Source: Octopus sinensis
Lineage: Eukaryota
Length of the DNA stretch: 38,058 nt
Assembly: GCF_006345805.1 (NCBI RefSeq)
Contig: NW_021835365.1
Location: forward strand, 1 to 38,058
Direction: 5' to 3'
Shown here: positions 1 to 9,899 of the stretch, one piece after another
How the letters are laid out: each line of letters begins with the position of its first letter
Numbering within the stretch: the first letter of the stretch is position 1
Notes under the pieces: model-generated
What the model was told of the DNA's origin: nothing
Seen by the model: only the letters and a program-made list of their open reading frames with translations
Databases searched by the model: none
Made by a program: the position numbers and the translations under genes

Positions 1-384
1 TTATTTGTTATTAGGCATTACATTTTTTACTTTTCTTTTTTCTTCATCAAATCTATGTTGTTTCAATGAAAATTCTTTCCATAATATTTCGATTCAAACC
101 TAAACTGTTCCTATTTAACTATACCTTATTCTCTATTCTAAAATCATATTTTTACTTTTCTACCCCTATCTTTTTATTCATTCTTTTAAAATGAGATGAA
201 CTCATGTTGGACGAGTAAATTGAAAATTTTATAAGTTGTTTCTAAAAATAAATACATTGTAAATTTATCATTCAGTTTATCTTGGACAAACGATGCCTAA
301 TTATTTTCATCTAAATAATAAATGAGATAAAAATTTATTATTTCATGAATCACAGTGTTAATTCCAGAAATATTACTAAACTTT

Positions 385-960
385 TCGAAGGTTTCATTGA
401 TCACCGAGTGATATGTCGTATTATACGAATAAGTTACTTTGTTTAAAAAATAGTTTCCGTTTTTTTAATTTTTTCCATCAGTTTTGCCATACTTTATTTC
501 AATGTCTGTTTAAAGCGGTCAATCACACCTTCATTCAGTTAAACTTATAAACTTGTGACTGGGAATAATTTTTTTTCCATAAATATTTTTGATTTTATTT
601 TTTTTGCTTATTTGATCCATCAGTTGTTTTTTGAATTCCACTCCGTTGTTGGAAACTCGAACATAAATTGTTCTGGAACATTATGATAACTGATTTTGTA
701 AATAAAATTCTCATCCGTTGTCTGTTTGTAAAATTTGGCAATATCAAATTTGACAAAATTTTTTTAAATTTATTTATAGCTTCTAAAATAAGTATCAGCA
801 AAAGCAGTTTTATTTTTTAAGAATTTGCAGACTCCGAATCTGTTGTAAATGTTGATAATTGTTTGTTAAAATATTTATATTTGTTAACATCAAACGGATT
901 CCCTCTGAATCTTTCATGTGGATTTCTTGCAGTTACATGGTAATTAGAATCAATACCTAA
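385..960 (-). pseudogene. Decayed rve-type integrase (Ginger/retroviral-like DDE) fragment
   Basis: Minus-strand manual translation gives the integrase core motifs ARNPHERF, QILQTDNG*EF (~705-738), NEGVIDRFKQTLK (~495-535) and VTYSYNTTYHSVIN (~390-435) in the right order, with stops and frameshifts. Confidence 0.65.
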
Positions 961-1089
961 GTATATTTATTTGAAAATACTTTTAATGGCTTGGCAAATT
1001 TACAAATTTCCCAGTCTTTTATAATTTGTTCAATAATTAGCGTTTCGCAGTAAAAAGAAATTTACTACATTTGTATAAAGTTTTTGTAT

Positions 1090-1385
1090 TCCCCGGCGGC
1101 ATTCTGGTGAATAGCGAATTCGAGTGTCCGCGTAAAACAGCCAGCAAGATCCTCTGAATAAGGAATATAAATTCCCTGAAATCTTTGGATCGACAGACGG
1201 CCAAGTTTCTTAAGATGAGCAAACGTCTTGGCTCCAAAAATACAGGAAGTGTCGACGGCAATTGCCCAAAAGCAAAATCGATCGCGTAAATCCTTGTATT
1301 TTGTCAATTTCGTGAATTCGGTTTCTCGGCCGACGAACCGTGTTGATAAAGCGTGGAATTCAAGGCTCCGTGGAATACTAAATTA
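1090..1385 (-). mobile_element. CRE-clade (RLE) non-LTR retrotransposon, 3' end fragment
   Basis: KYKDLRDRFCFWAIAVDTSCIFGAKTFAHLKKLGR, then after a frameshift KDFREFIFLIQRILLAVLRGHS. This matches the CRE C-terminal pattern KY..L...F.FVP.AVET.G..G......L..LG....GD.RE..FL.QR.S.A..RGN. Confidence 0.7.
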
Positions 1386-1429
1386 ACCAAATTTCTAACA
1401 ATAAAAAATTTCTAAAAATAGAATACTAT

Positions 1430-2480
1430 CGATCCCGCTTATTGGGGCATTTTTTTAATAATTTTAAATAAAATTTTTATGCATTATTTTATTTTAAATA
1501 ATAGCGTGTCGTTTAGTGGTTATCCTAAAAAAACTTTCTTGTGGTTTAAGGAAAAAAAATTTTGTGCTGTTGGCAATTCTATATTCGAAAGCGAAATATC
1601 CAAGATGTTTAAAATTGGAAAGGGAACAGTATTTAGAATAAAAATGGAAACTAAACAAGGATTTTATTCAAATCCTATTACTGACGCAGTTCTATACAGA
1701 GACTATGAATCAGATTTATCATTAAAACTCGATCGTCTGGTTTTTGAACTTTTCAAGCATCAGAGACAAGATGGAATTTCAGTTTAATTAAAAAATTGCT
1801 AGAAATATTGCGATTCGGATAAATTTTAGTAGCTTTAAAGGCTCTAATGCAGGGTTTCTTAACAGGGGGTACATGTGCCCAGGGGGTACGCGGAACAATT
1901 TTTTGATTATTCAGATATGTTTCAATTCTTGCACACTTATGGAATTTTGGAGTAAAATGATTCCAAAGTATTCGTTATTGACTATGGCTAGTATGCAATA
2001 TTTAAATTAAAATCGATAGGGGGTATGCTGGGTCCATTTTTAACCTTAAGAGGCACAATTTATCAAAAATTTGAAAAAGGTTAAGAACCGCTGCTCTAAT
2101 AGATAGCTAGGCCGCTTTAAAAATGTAATGAACTATCTTTTAGAGCAATTTTTGGTGAAAAGAATTCCTCCAACAAAAATTTAATTAAAAAATTTATGAA
2201 TAAGTTCAACATGGAAGACATTTTTAATTATAACGAAACCTGCCTTTTCATTAAAAAAAGAAGCCGAATAAATTATTTGTCATTGATGATGAAAATTGCT
2301 TTGGTAGAAAATTCTGTAAAAAATAGCAATCCTTCTTTTATGCTCTTCTATGGATGGATGACAAATAATATTTTAATCAATTGGTTCAACTGTATTGTGA
2401 TAACCAAATGCTTTTATTTAAACGTCTACAAAATCAAAAAATGTAACCGGTTCCATATGCGTAATGGCTGTCACATAATA
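1430..2480 (+). mobile_element. Decayed pogo/Tigger transposon interrupted by a hAT MITE
   Basis: TIR-like CCCGCTTATTGGGGCA near 1433. HTH segment SEISKMFKIGKGTVFRIK, FKGSN motif split by the MITE, then RAIFGEKNS and MEDIFNYNET (degenerate first catalytic D motif). Confidence 0.75.
1850..2093. mobile_element. hAT (Charlie/Buster-type) MITE, 244 bp
   Basis: TIRs CAGGGTTTCTTAAC and GTTAAGAACCGCTG (12/14 match). 8-bp TSD CTCTAATG (1842-1849) / CTCTAATA (2094-2101). No coding capacity. Confidence 0.9.
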
Positions 2481-3324
2481 TACCACTAATTAATGTATTC
2501 GGCAAAAGTCCTTTCAAAGTACTGAATTACTTTACTCAGTGTTTTTAACAAACATCTGAAAACCATTTTTTCAATGATTAGACTGACCGTAGTAAAGATT
2601 TGGTTAAATTTATTGAAAATTGGGAATAAGAAAAAAAAGTAATTAGCAGCACAAATCATTTTCGTCGCTGAGAGCATGATAGTTCTGGACTGATATTTGA
2701 ATGGGAGAAATGAAGATCTGACTTAGAAAAAATCCAACCAAAACGGCCGAGCACAGATAATAGTTGAGAGACATGAATATTAACATTAAAATGTAATTTA
2801 TTCCGAGTCGAATTGTGAGAATTGCGGATTTGCCCAAATGAACATAGCGATAATTTATTTTACCGAATCTGCCGTATTTAAACGTCACATTTTTTTCTAA
2901 AACAAGCAGCAACTCTGATAACATTGTTAGAAACACCGTTGCGAAAATTGCGAGCCATAGGTCTTCAAATTAAATGCAGGAATAATACGTTTTTGTGATT
3001 GCAGAGTGAACCTTTGAAAAAATAAAGTAATTCCTTTCCATTTTGTATTGAATAACATGATTTCCATCAGAAAAATTAATTGAATGTGACACAGTTAATT
3101 TTTTTAAGTAAAAAAATACTATTTAAATTATAAATAATTAAAATATTGTGAGATACAAATATGTCGCGTTCTATGTCTATACTGGCAAAATCCTTTGCCC
3201 TTATAATTAGTCAATAATGGGGAAACAGTCCAAAATGATGGGGTCCTTCAATAATTTTAAAAATCCAACGTATTAAGAATATCCTCGATGATGAGGTCCT
3301 TAGAACCTTTTTGCCAAAAAATTA

Positions 3325-3540
3325 TTTTCGGCATTTTAGTTAACTGACGCGTACAACTTTGTCCCAATTGCGGTGGAGAGAGGTGGTGTGATTGGGCCGG
3401 CCAGGAAGAGGATTCTGTCTATAATTGGGAAACTGGTCGGAAAGAAAATTTTTGACCACCGGGAAACCAGCCGGCTCTACCAGAGAATATTTATAGCAAT
3501 CTTATCAGGTAATTCGTTTGTTATTCGCGATGAAGCTACT
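3325..3540 (+). mobile_element. CRE-clade RLE retrotransposon extreme C-terminus
   Basis: LTDAYNFVPIAVERGGVIGPARKRILSIIGKLVGKKIFDHRETSRLYQRIFIAILSGNS is the CRE terminal motif. Confidence 0.8.
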
Positions 3541-3869
3541 GGCAAATCCCAATTGTTTTCCCTTTCTATACTTTGGAATAATGAACTTATATTACAAAAA
3601 AAGTTACCATAATGCTTTTGTTCTTCGATTTAAACTTTATTTAAATCAGAATGTGTTTTATAAAACAAAAAACACTCTTCTGAAGAAATGGCCATTGAAA
3701 GCTTACTTGCAAACGACGCTACACGCAATAAATTTTGTAAAAAGTCGACACATTTGTCCAAATATTCACCTGAGGATAATTGTTACAATCAATAGAAATA
3801 AAAGACGAAATATTGCATTCTATTAATACGTTATGAGTGTGTTCCGAGTCGATCTTTTCGATAATGATG

Positions 3870-4510
3870 GGTATGCAATTTAGACTACCACTTAATTCTG
3901 GCGTAGCTGGTCTAAGATCTGTTTTGGATTTTGTCCTACCGGCCTTTCTGTCCTCTCACTCATTCTTCTAAAGGTAATCCTGAGAGATTCTACATAAATC
4001 CCCCGAATCGTATTCGGACAAGTTTTTTGAAGATCGGTGTATACTGTGGAAGGATTCAGGATTAAAATTTCAACTCCAAACATCACTCCAACGGAGGTAG
4101 ACAATTTATACTGCGAATCCACCTCAAACAATTTTGCAATGAGGCTTGACCAGCATCGCCTCATTTGTTTACGCTCTGCAGCTGTGCCACACAACGGGTA
4201 TAGCTGAATACTATCTCAATTGCTGGTCTCGGAACATTATTAGAGGATGACTGCATACGCATCGGTACTGTTCTGAGACTCGGACTTGACATCGGCAAAC
4301 AACATTGTTGCAGATGTGGAAAAATGGTCGACGATTCACCCACTTTTTTGCAAATAAAGTGCTGTGAGAACTACTCGGGACTCCGCTGCCAATGTTATCT
4401 TACGAGCTATTGAATCAGCGAGCTTCCCTTCGGTGCCAGAGCCAGTGGGTATAGATCGTGGAGATGAGAAAAGATTCGATGGATGACCACCAATCCTTAC
4501 TCCTCCGGAA
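3870..4510 (+). mobile_element. CRE-clade RLE retrotransposon fragment (post-RT region, CCHC knuckle, start of RLE)
   Basis: RLPLNSG.AGLRS; *LNTISIAGLGTLLEDDCIRIGTVLRLGLDIGKQHCCRCGKMVDD / HPLFC; AANVILRAIESASFPSVPEPVGIDRGDEKRFDG. Stops and frameshifts keep it out of the ORF track. Confidence 0.85.
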
Positions 4511-4519
4511 ATTCGTTGG

Positions 4520-5975
4520 TTTGAGATCAATGTGTTTTGACTCCCATTCGATATATTCATTTATTTTACATGTATCTTCTTTGAAATCGAGTTTTCTCAG
4601 AAAATTGTATGCTTTTTGGATAGAAAAGTTCCTTGACTCAATTTTACTAAGAACATCAACGAGTGGGGAATATTGATTCCATATCTCCTTTAAATCATTA
4701 AGAAGTCCTTCATTTTTTATTGATTCCATTGCTCTCCGAATCAATATGGATTCTCCTTTTAGCGAATTGCATATTTCCAACACTCTGGGAAAATTTTCCG
4801 CGTAGTACTTGATTGCTCGGAGCCAGCTTCCCCATCTAGTAACAATAGGTTCTGGAGGTAGTCCTATTTCAGCAAATAGTGTCCTTCGACTATTATTTTT
4901 CAAAACAAGTTTTTTTATAGAGTCAATTAAGTTATCCACTACAGGATAATTTAGTTTTATCCTTAATGCACAATTGTGAATTAAATGTGCAATACATGTT
5001 ACGTGGAATAAATTAGGATACAAATTTTTTAGTGTTTTTCCGGCTAAAATCATATACTTTGCCGCGTCGGTTAATAACAAATAAAAATTTTTCCTCTCAA
5101 CATTTGCACATCAAATCGTATCATCCACAATCTGACATAGAATTGATGCATTAAGCGAAGAATTTAATGGTACACAACCAATAAGATAGCTGATTTGGGG
5201 ATCCGTTATTTTCCCAATAAGAATATTTACATATTTTTCATTACCAGCGTCAGTCTTATCCACGATAAAAAAATTTTTTTCATTAATTAACAAGCTGATT
5301 ATCTCATGGACACGTCTTTCGGCCAAAATTTTGACATTATTTCGGCATTTGGATTCTGAGGGTAACTCGAATCCGATAGCATTGAAAAAATTGATTAATG
5401 CAGGATTCCTTAGTTTATATAAAGGAATATTTGCTGAAACAAATGCTTCAGTCAGATTTAGTGAAAAATCAGTGTTATGGCTCATAACACTAGCAGAGCC
5501 CGCATGTCTTGTTTTGGCTGTCAATCTCGAATTGGCTCAGCATTTGAATGCAGTGAGACACTTTTCGAGTGATGGGGGAATTGATTTGACGTCCAAAGAG
5601 GAGTTTGATGAGTTCTATGCCGGATTTGAGTACCCCACACTTGAGGAGGGATTTGTTGCTGTCACTGAACATCAATTTGTCTACGATCCTTCAGCGGATA
5701 GCAAAAAATTGTTCAAATATTTTTACACTTTGTGATTTCAAGTTTTTCGATACATTTTGTAGGCCTCGACTAATTAATTATTTGAAGAGAAAGTTTTCCA
5801 CTGTATTAGTGATCTGTTGGTGCACTGCAAATAGAGAGAGAGCTTGTTTGCATTACTTGTTCTACACAAAAGGACTTCAAAACACTTAAATAGAAATCGA
5901 AGGAATAACCATGTTCATTCTTATTTACAAAACGTAAGAATTTCTCATTCTGGTGGTTTTGTATCATGAATTTGA
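4520..5975 (-). pseudogene. DUF659/CGGBP1-like hAT-related transposase, decayed and 3'-truncated
   Basis: EAFVSANIPLYKLRNP, FFIVDKTD, LLTDAAKYMILAGKTLKNLYPNLFHVTCIAHLIHNCA and PPEPIVTRWGSWL. ORFs 5111..5524 and 4415..5080 are in frame and separated by one TGA. The N-terminal extent is uncertain. Confidence 0.8.
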
Positions 5976-6478
5976 CAAAATGAAAGCTTCACTTCGAGTT
6001 TATCTGTTTATTGCACGTATTGGTGTGGGCAATTTTATTGATACATGCAATATAGATATAGACTGTAATTACATTAACTATTAAAGTTAATTGTCACCAA
6101 AAATGATTCCATTATTACAATTATTTTTTACAAGAAATTAATTTGTGTTAAAAAATCACATTCAGGTTGATCAAATCTCTAACGAACATCTCAGTCCGAT
6201 TCATGTGGGCAGGATCAAACTTTTCAGAAGGATCTCCCTCGCTTGAATCGGGGATCACGCGGATTATTATAATTAACTGGCTTACCCTGGTTTTTTGGTC
6301 AATAAATAAATGCATGAAGCAACTTAATTAGTTGTGTAATATTGTTTGTTGCACATGCCGGGCTATAAATAAATTGTGCTAATAATAAATTGCGCCTGGA
6401 CATTTAGAACTTTAATACAATCAAATAAATGAAATAATTTTTTTGTTATCAATTGTTAATTTCCCAATAGGATTATGT

Positions 6479-6590
6479 TTATGGTAGATATGTAGCCTGG
6501 CGGAATGCCAAACTGTTTCCCCGGATGATGGCAATCGAGAACCGTTGCATTAGCCAGTTCGCCTCCCGAGGATCATGGGTGCGCATTGAG
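6479..6590 (-). mobile_element. CRE-clade retrotransposon 3' tip (~110 bp)
   Basis: SMRTHDPREANWLMQRFSIAIIRGNSLAFRQATYLP* is the CRE terminal motif. It lies just downstream of MEX3. Confidence 0.75.
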
Positions 6591-6728
6591 AATGAAATAA
6601 TTATTTTCATAAAATTCCACTTTTTTTAAACACTTTTTAAAAGATTGTGGCGTCTAAGTAAATTAAAAAATAGTAAATAACTTAAGAAATAAAAAGAAAT
6701 TAAAATTTTATTCCAGCCAAGCGTTACT

Positions 6729-7557
6729 TTATTCATAACAAAGTTGCGAATTGAAAAAGTGGATATAGCACATTGTCTCCAAGTACTGCAAGTAGGAGAA
6801 CATATAAAGCGACGGGTCATAATACCCACAAAATAGAATTCCGTAAAATGGTCTATGCAAACATGATTCATAGGTGATATCCCAAGATTGATCACTGGGC
6901 GAAGTCGAGCCCCTACTAGGAGGAGTCGTGTTTTTAAGGGTGATATCCTTGCACTGTTCCTCGTCACCCGACTCAATGGACTTGCTATGAATAGTCTCCA
7001 TTTCCTCAATCGTTAGGAACATACATCTTCTGATGTCTCCCTCATTCACCCCTGTTCTCGTCTGAACGTGTGCTTTGATTTTATCATAGGCACAGGTCAC
7101 ATCACTGGTCTTCCCAATGATTTTGAAAACGGGCTCCTTCCCTCGAGTGGGCGAGACAATGTATGTGCCCGTCTCGCGCTGTATTCGTGTGATCGTCATT
7201 CCCCCATACCCCACAATCAGTCCCACCAAGTGGTCAGGTACCTTCACGTACGCCACCACCTGTTCATCTCCCACGAGTTGTGTCGACCGGATTTTTGAAA
7301 AATGTTGAGCAGCACATTTGATTTCGTTGATGGCCTTTTCGACATCCTCAGGCTCCCCAGTCACGCAGAAGATTGGTTCTTCTCCTCTGGTGGGATTCTG
7401 AATGAATGTGTTTGTGTCTTCGCAAATGGCTTTGATTTTTGACCCTGTCGGTTAATATTCACGCAGCACCTTGTTTTCCGACTATTTCTGCCGTATACTG
7501 GCAATTGGGGACTCGGATAGATATAGTGATATTTTTAGGATTATGAAAAGAAAACAT
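6729..7557 (-). CDS. MEX3: MEX-3 family KH-KH RNA-binding protein (2 exons; 25-nt intron at 7445-7469)
   Basis: Spliced: MFSFHNPKNITISIRVPNCQYTAEIVGKQG|SKIKAICEDTNTFIQNPTRGEEPIFCVTG...AAQHFSKIR...VKVPDHLVGLIVGYGGMTITRIQRETGTYIVSPTRGKEPVFKIIG. These are the two tandem KH domains of MEX3. The C-terminal RING is degenerate or absent. Confidence 0.9.
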
Positions 7558-7989
7558 TTTATAAACAAATAAACAGAAATCAAACTCAAAACGGCAATCA
7601 AGTATAAATACTTATCGGTCGCGTCAATTCACGTTCGTCTATTCACGTGTCAACCTACCCGCATTATTTCTTTACTAAATCATTCTCAAATTAAATGGCT
7701 GCTAATTATTTTAGTGCACTTTGTTGCTAGAATTGTCATAAATATGAATATATTACTTATCCCAGAACTCTTTATTGATGAGATGAGAAGAGTGTATAAA
7801 TTATTACAGAAAAAATTTATTTGAAAAGTCCAGATAAAATTGATTTTTAATTATTGCGTCTGCATTCAGTCGATTCTCCTCCTCTTCGAGCCCGAGCAAG
7901 TGTCTTCGACGGGTACACTTATCCATTTTACAGGGCAGGCCACTTTTGTGGTTGTTCTCGAGTCCGATTTAATTGCATGCTTCGCCGCT

Positions 7990-8205
7990 GTAGGAAGGAG
8001 TTTATACTCCGGGCGCATGCTTTCCAATGTTCTCTTGATCACGATTGACTGGATATAACCTCGCGTAGATTCCTGGACTTGTAAGGAGTTCTGGTAGTGT
8101 TTATAGAATCTGGATGTTATTCCATCCCACGTAATAACCAACGGTACGACATTCACCTTTGCATTATGGTTAGTTAGTTAGTTAATGCACGTTCGTGTTG
8201 CCAGT
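7990..8205 (-). mobile_element. RLE-type (R4/Dong-like) non-LTR retrotransposon C-terminal fragment
   Basis: KVNVVPLVITWDGITSRFYKHYQNSLQVQESTRGYIQSIVIKRTLES resembles the P.V.TWDG...YIQS.VLK.TLES tail of R4-like RLE ORFs (recognised from memory). Confidence 0.6.
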
Positions 8206-8214
8206 AAACAAAGT

Positions 8215-8510
8215 TCATGGTTTCGCTTGTGCCATGTTATTAACTATTCTTGTCGTTAGCCTCTTCCATCCCTTCCGTCGTCTTGCCCTCTTTCCGATTT
8301 CGTCCAGATCGTCTGCATCCATCAATCGGCCTCCGATCATAACATATTCCTTCGTAAGTATTCCGGGAAAACAGTCTCTTGGACGTCCTCTATATTTAGA
8401 GTATTCAGTATAGCCGAAAAATTCTTCCATGGCCATATTGCAAGGTGTTTCTTTCTTTTTTCGTAAAATATGTCCAAACAGGCGCCACCGGGTTGCATTA
8501 TGGATTAATT
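8215..8510 (-). mobile_element. RTE-like LINE ORF2 C-terminal fragment
   Basis: RWRLFGHILRKKKETPCNMAMEEFF...KYRGRPR matches the R..WFGH..R......RGRP motif after the RT thumb of RTE-type LINEs. Confidence 0.6.
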
Positions 8511-8859
8511 TATTACAGATAAAATGAACGTTTTAAATGGTGCTAAAACACTTTACCTATTAACAGTATTTATGTTTCTTTACTTCTTATCGAGACTTAG
8601 AGAATTGCCACGTCTAATTTAATTTCTCGCACAACCCTCTTAATAGTACTGAGTATTCATTGGCACTAAAATCTTGAGTTTTTCTTGGCTATAGAATGCG
8701 GAAAGATAGGCTAGTTCTGAAGATTAAAAAGTCTTTCGGCTGGGTGGTAAAGTGCTTTCTCCTAAAAAAATAATAATTTATTTACTTTTTTTTATTTACT
8801 AGAGAACTATAATTAAATCGTTTATTTTTAAAAACCTAAAAAAACAATAAAATAATTTC

Positions 8860-9791
8860 AAACGAGACTGGATAAATTCACAGGCGATTCCGAGGAGAAG
8901 AGACTGTTCGAGTCAAAATACGAAATGCGGGATATATTAGGACGGTTCGGTTGTCTTAATTATTGAAGGGGAGAGAGCAGTGTAATCGTCCGAGTTATCG
9001 AACGCTGTACAGGGAGTGAATTTGCTGCTAAAATAGTGGACAGAAGCAGTGGAAATAATGGTTGGAATCCATCTAACCCGCGTAGAAAGGACTGCATTGG
9101 AGAAATGCTCAGGGATGGCTCACATCAGTTAATGAGCATGTGACATTGTAGTGGCTGTTCACGATGTGTTTGAGACAGAGACAAGTTCATGTTTAATATT
9201 GGACTTGTTGGTTTGGGGGTGTATTGTTTTAGATATGAAGCGGCACACTACTCGACCACAATGTCCGATACGCCTCCTCGCAGGACCAGACGAGGTTTCC
9301 TTGTGTGTGTTGATTAGAAGGATCTTTATGAAGCAAATATTGACTGCGGTTAGTCAATTGCATTCCATCGGTATAATCCACCGTGACCTGAAGGTATTTT
9401 TTATGCATTAAAACCGCAGCTCGAGAACGTGCTCATGACCAATGAAGGCAAACTTTGTGTCGCAGATTTTGGCTTGTCTAAGATCCTACAACCTGATGAG
9501 CAACTGTTTGGTTCCTCGTGGGTTGAGAGGAATAGATTCTTGCGGGACCCTCCTCTACATGGCCCCCGAGTTACTGCGGTGTAGCATGGACGAAGATCCC
9601 TCGGGGTATGGAATGGAGAGGCTGAGAATGTAGGTGTGTGTCCTTCACTGTTTAGATGGGCATGTGGAGTCATTTGCTACATGCTGTAATGCAGTCCTTT
9701 CCATTACAGGAAACCTGATTCGAACAAGCTTATGAAAAATGATAGTTGTCCGCCTTGTGGCTTCTCATTACATTGTTCTACCTCCGTCTAA
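8860..9791 (+). CDS. PHKG: Phosphorylase kinase gamma-like Ser/Thr kinase; multi-exon, start not resolved, C-terminus apparently truncated or frameshifted
   Basis: Spliced: YEMRDILGR|GESSVIVRVIERCTGSEFAAKIVD ... IIHRDLK|LENVLM...VADFGLS ... CGT..YMAPELLRCSMDEDPSGYG (PHKG-type SM.ED..GYG insert) ... WACGVICYML. Micro-introns at 8945-8968, 9061-9085, 9295-9317, 9394-9419 and 9511-9535. Needs 2 or more single-base corrections. Confidence 0.75.
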
Positions 9792-9899
9792 CTTAAACAC
9801 TGCGGCTCCCACTGCCCATTGCAATCGTCTTTCCAAAAACATATGGTGTTAAATATACACACAAAAACAATAAAGGATTCTTTTTAAACAACCACAAAA

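Larger units (their letters stand above)
2..7853. repeat. Segmental duplication, copy A (partner at 29578-37432)
   Basis: Direct alignment by eye at an offset of 29576-29582. The ORF track is duplicated (e.g. 595..801 vs 30171..30377; 2643..2936 vs 32225..32518). Differences are mostly 1-nt indels plus scattered substitutions. Confidence 0.97.

Noticed and set aside
2480-3320. Short ORFs (2486..2677, 2643..2936) as a membrane-protein gene
   Set aside because: No consistent splice model. A plus-strand patch (INVFGKSPFKV) hints instead at an integrase tail relic.
5111-5113. Stop-codon reassignment (TGA read-through) in the DUF659 ORF
   Set aside because: It is a single instance in a decayed TE. 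Host genes show no conserved in-frame stops at aligned residues and end in TAA or TAG normally.
5331-5735. Plus-strand 134-aa ORF with a protein-like acidic C-terminus
   Set aside because: It is mostly antisense to the DUF659 transposase, with no recognisable domain or start context. It cannot be supported as a gene.
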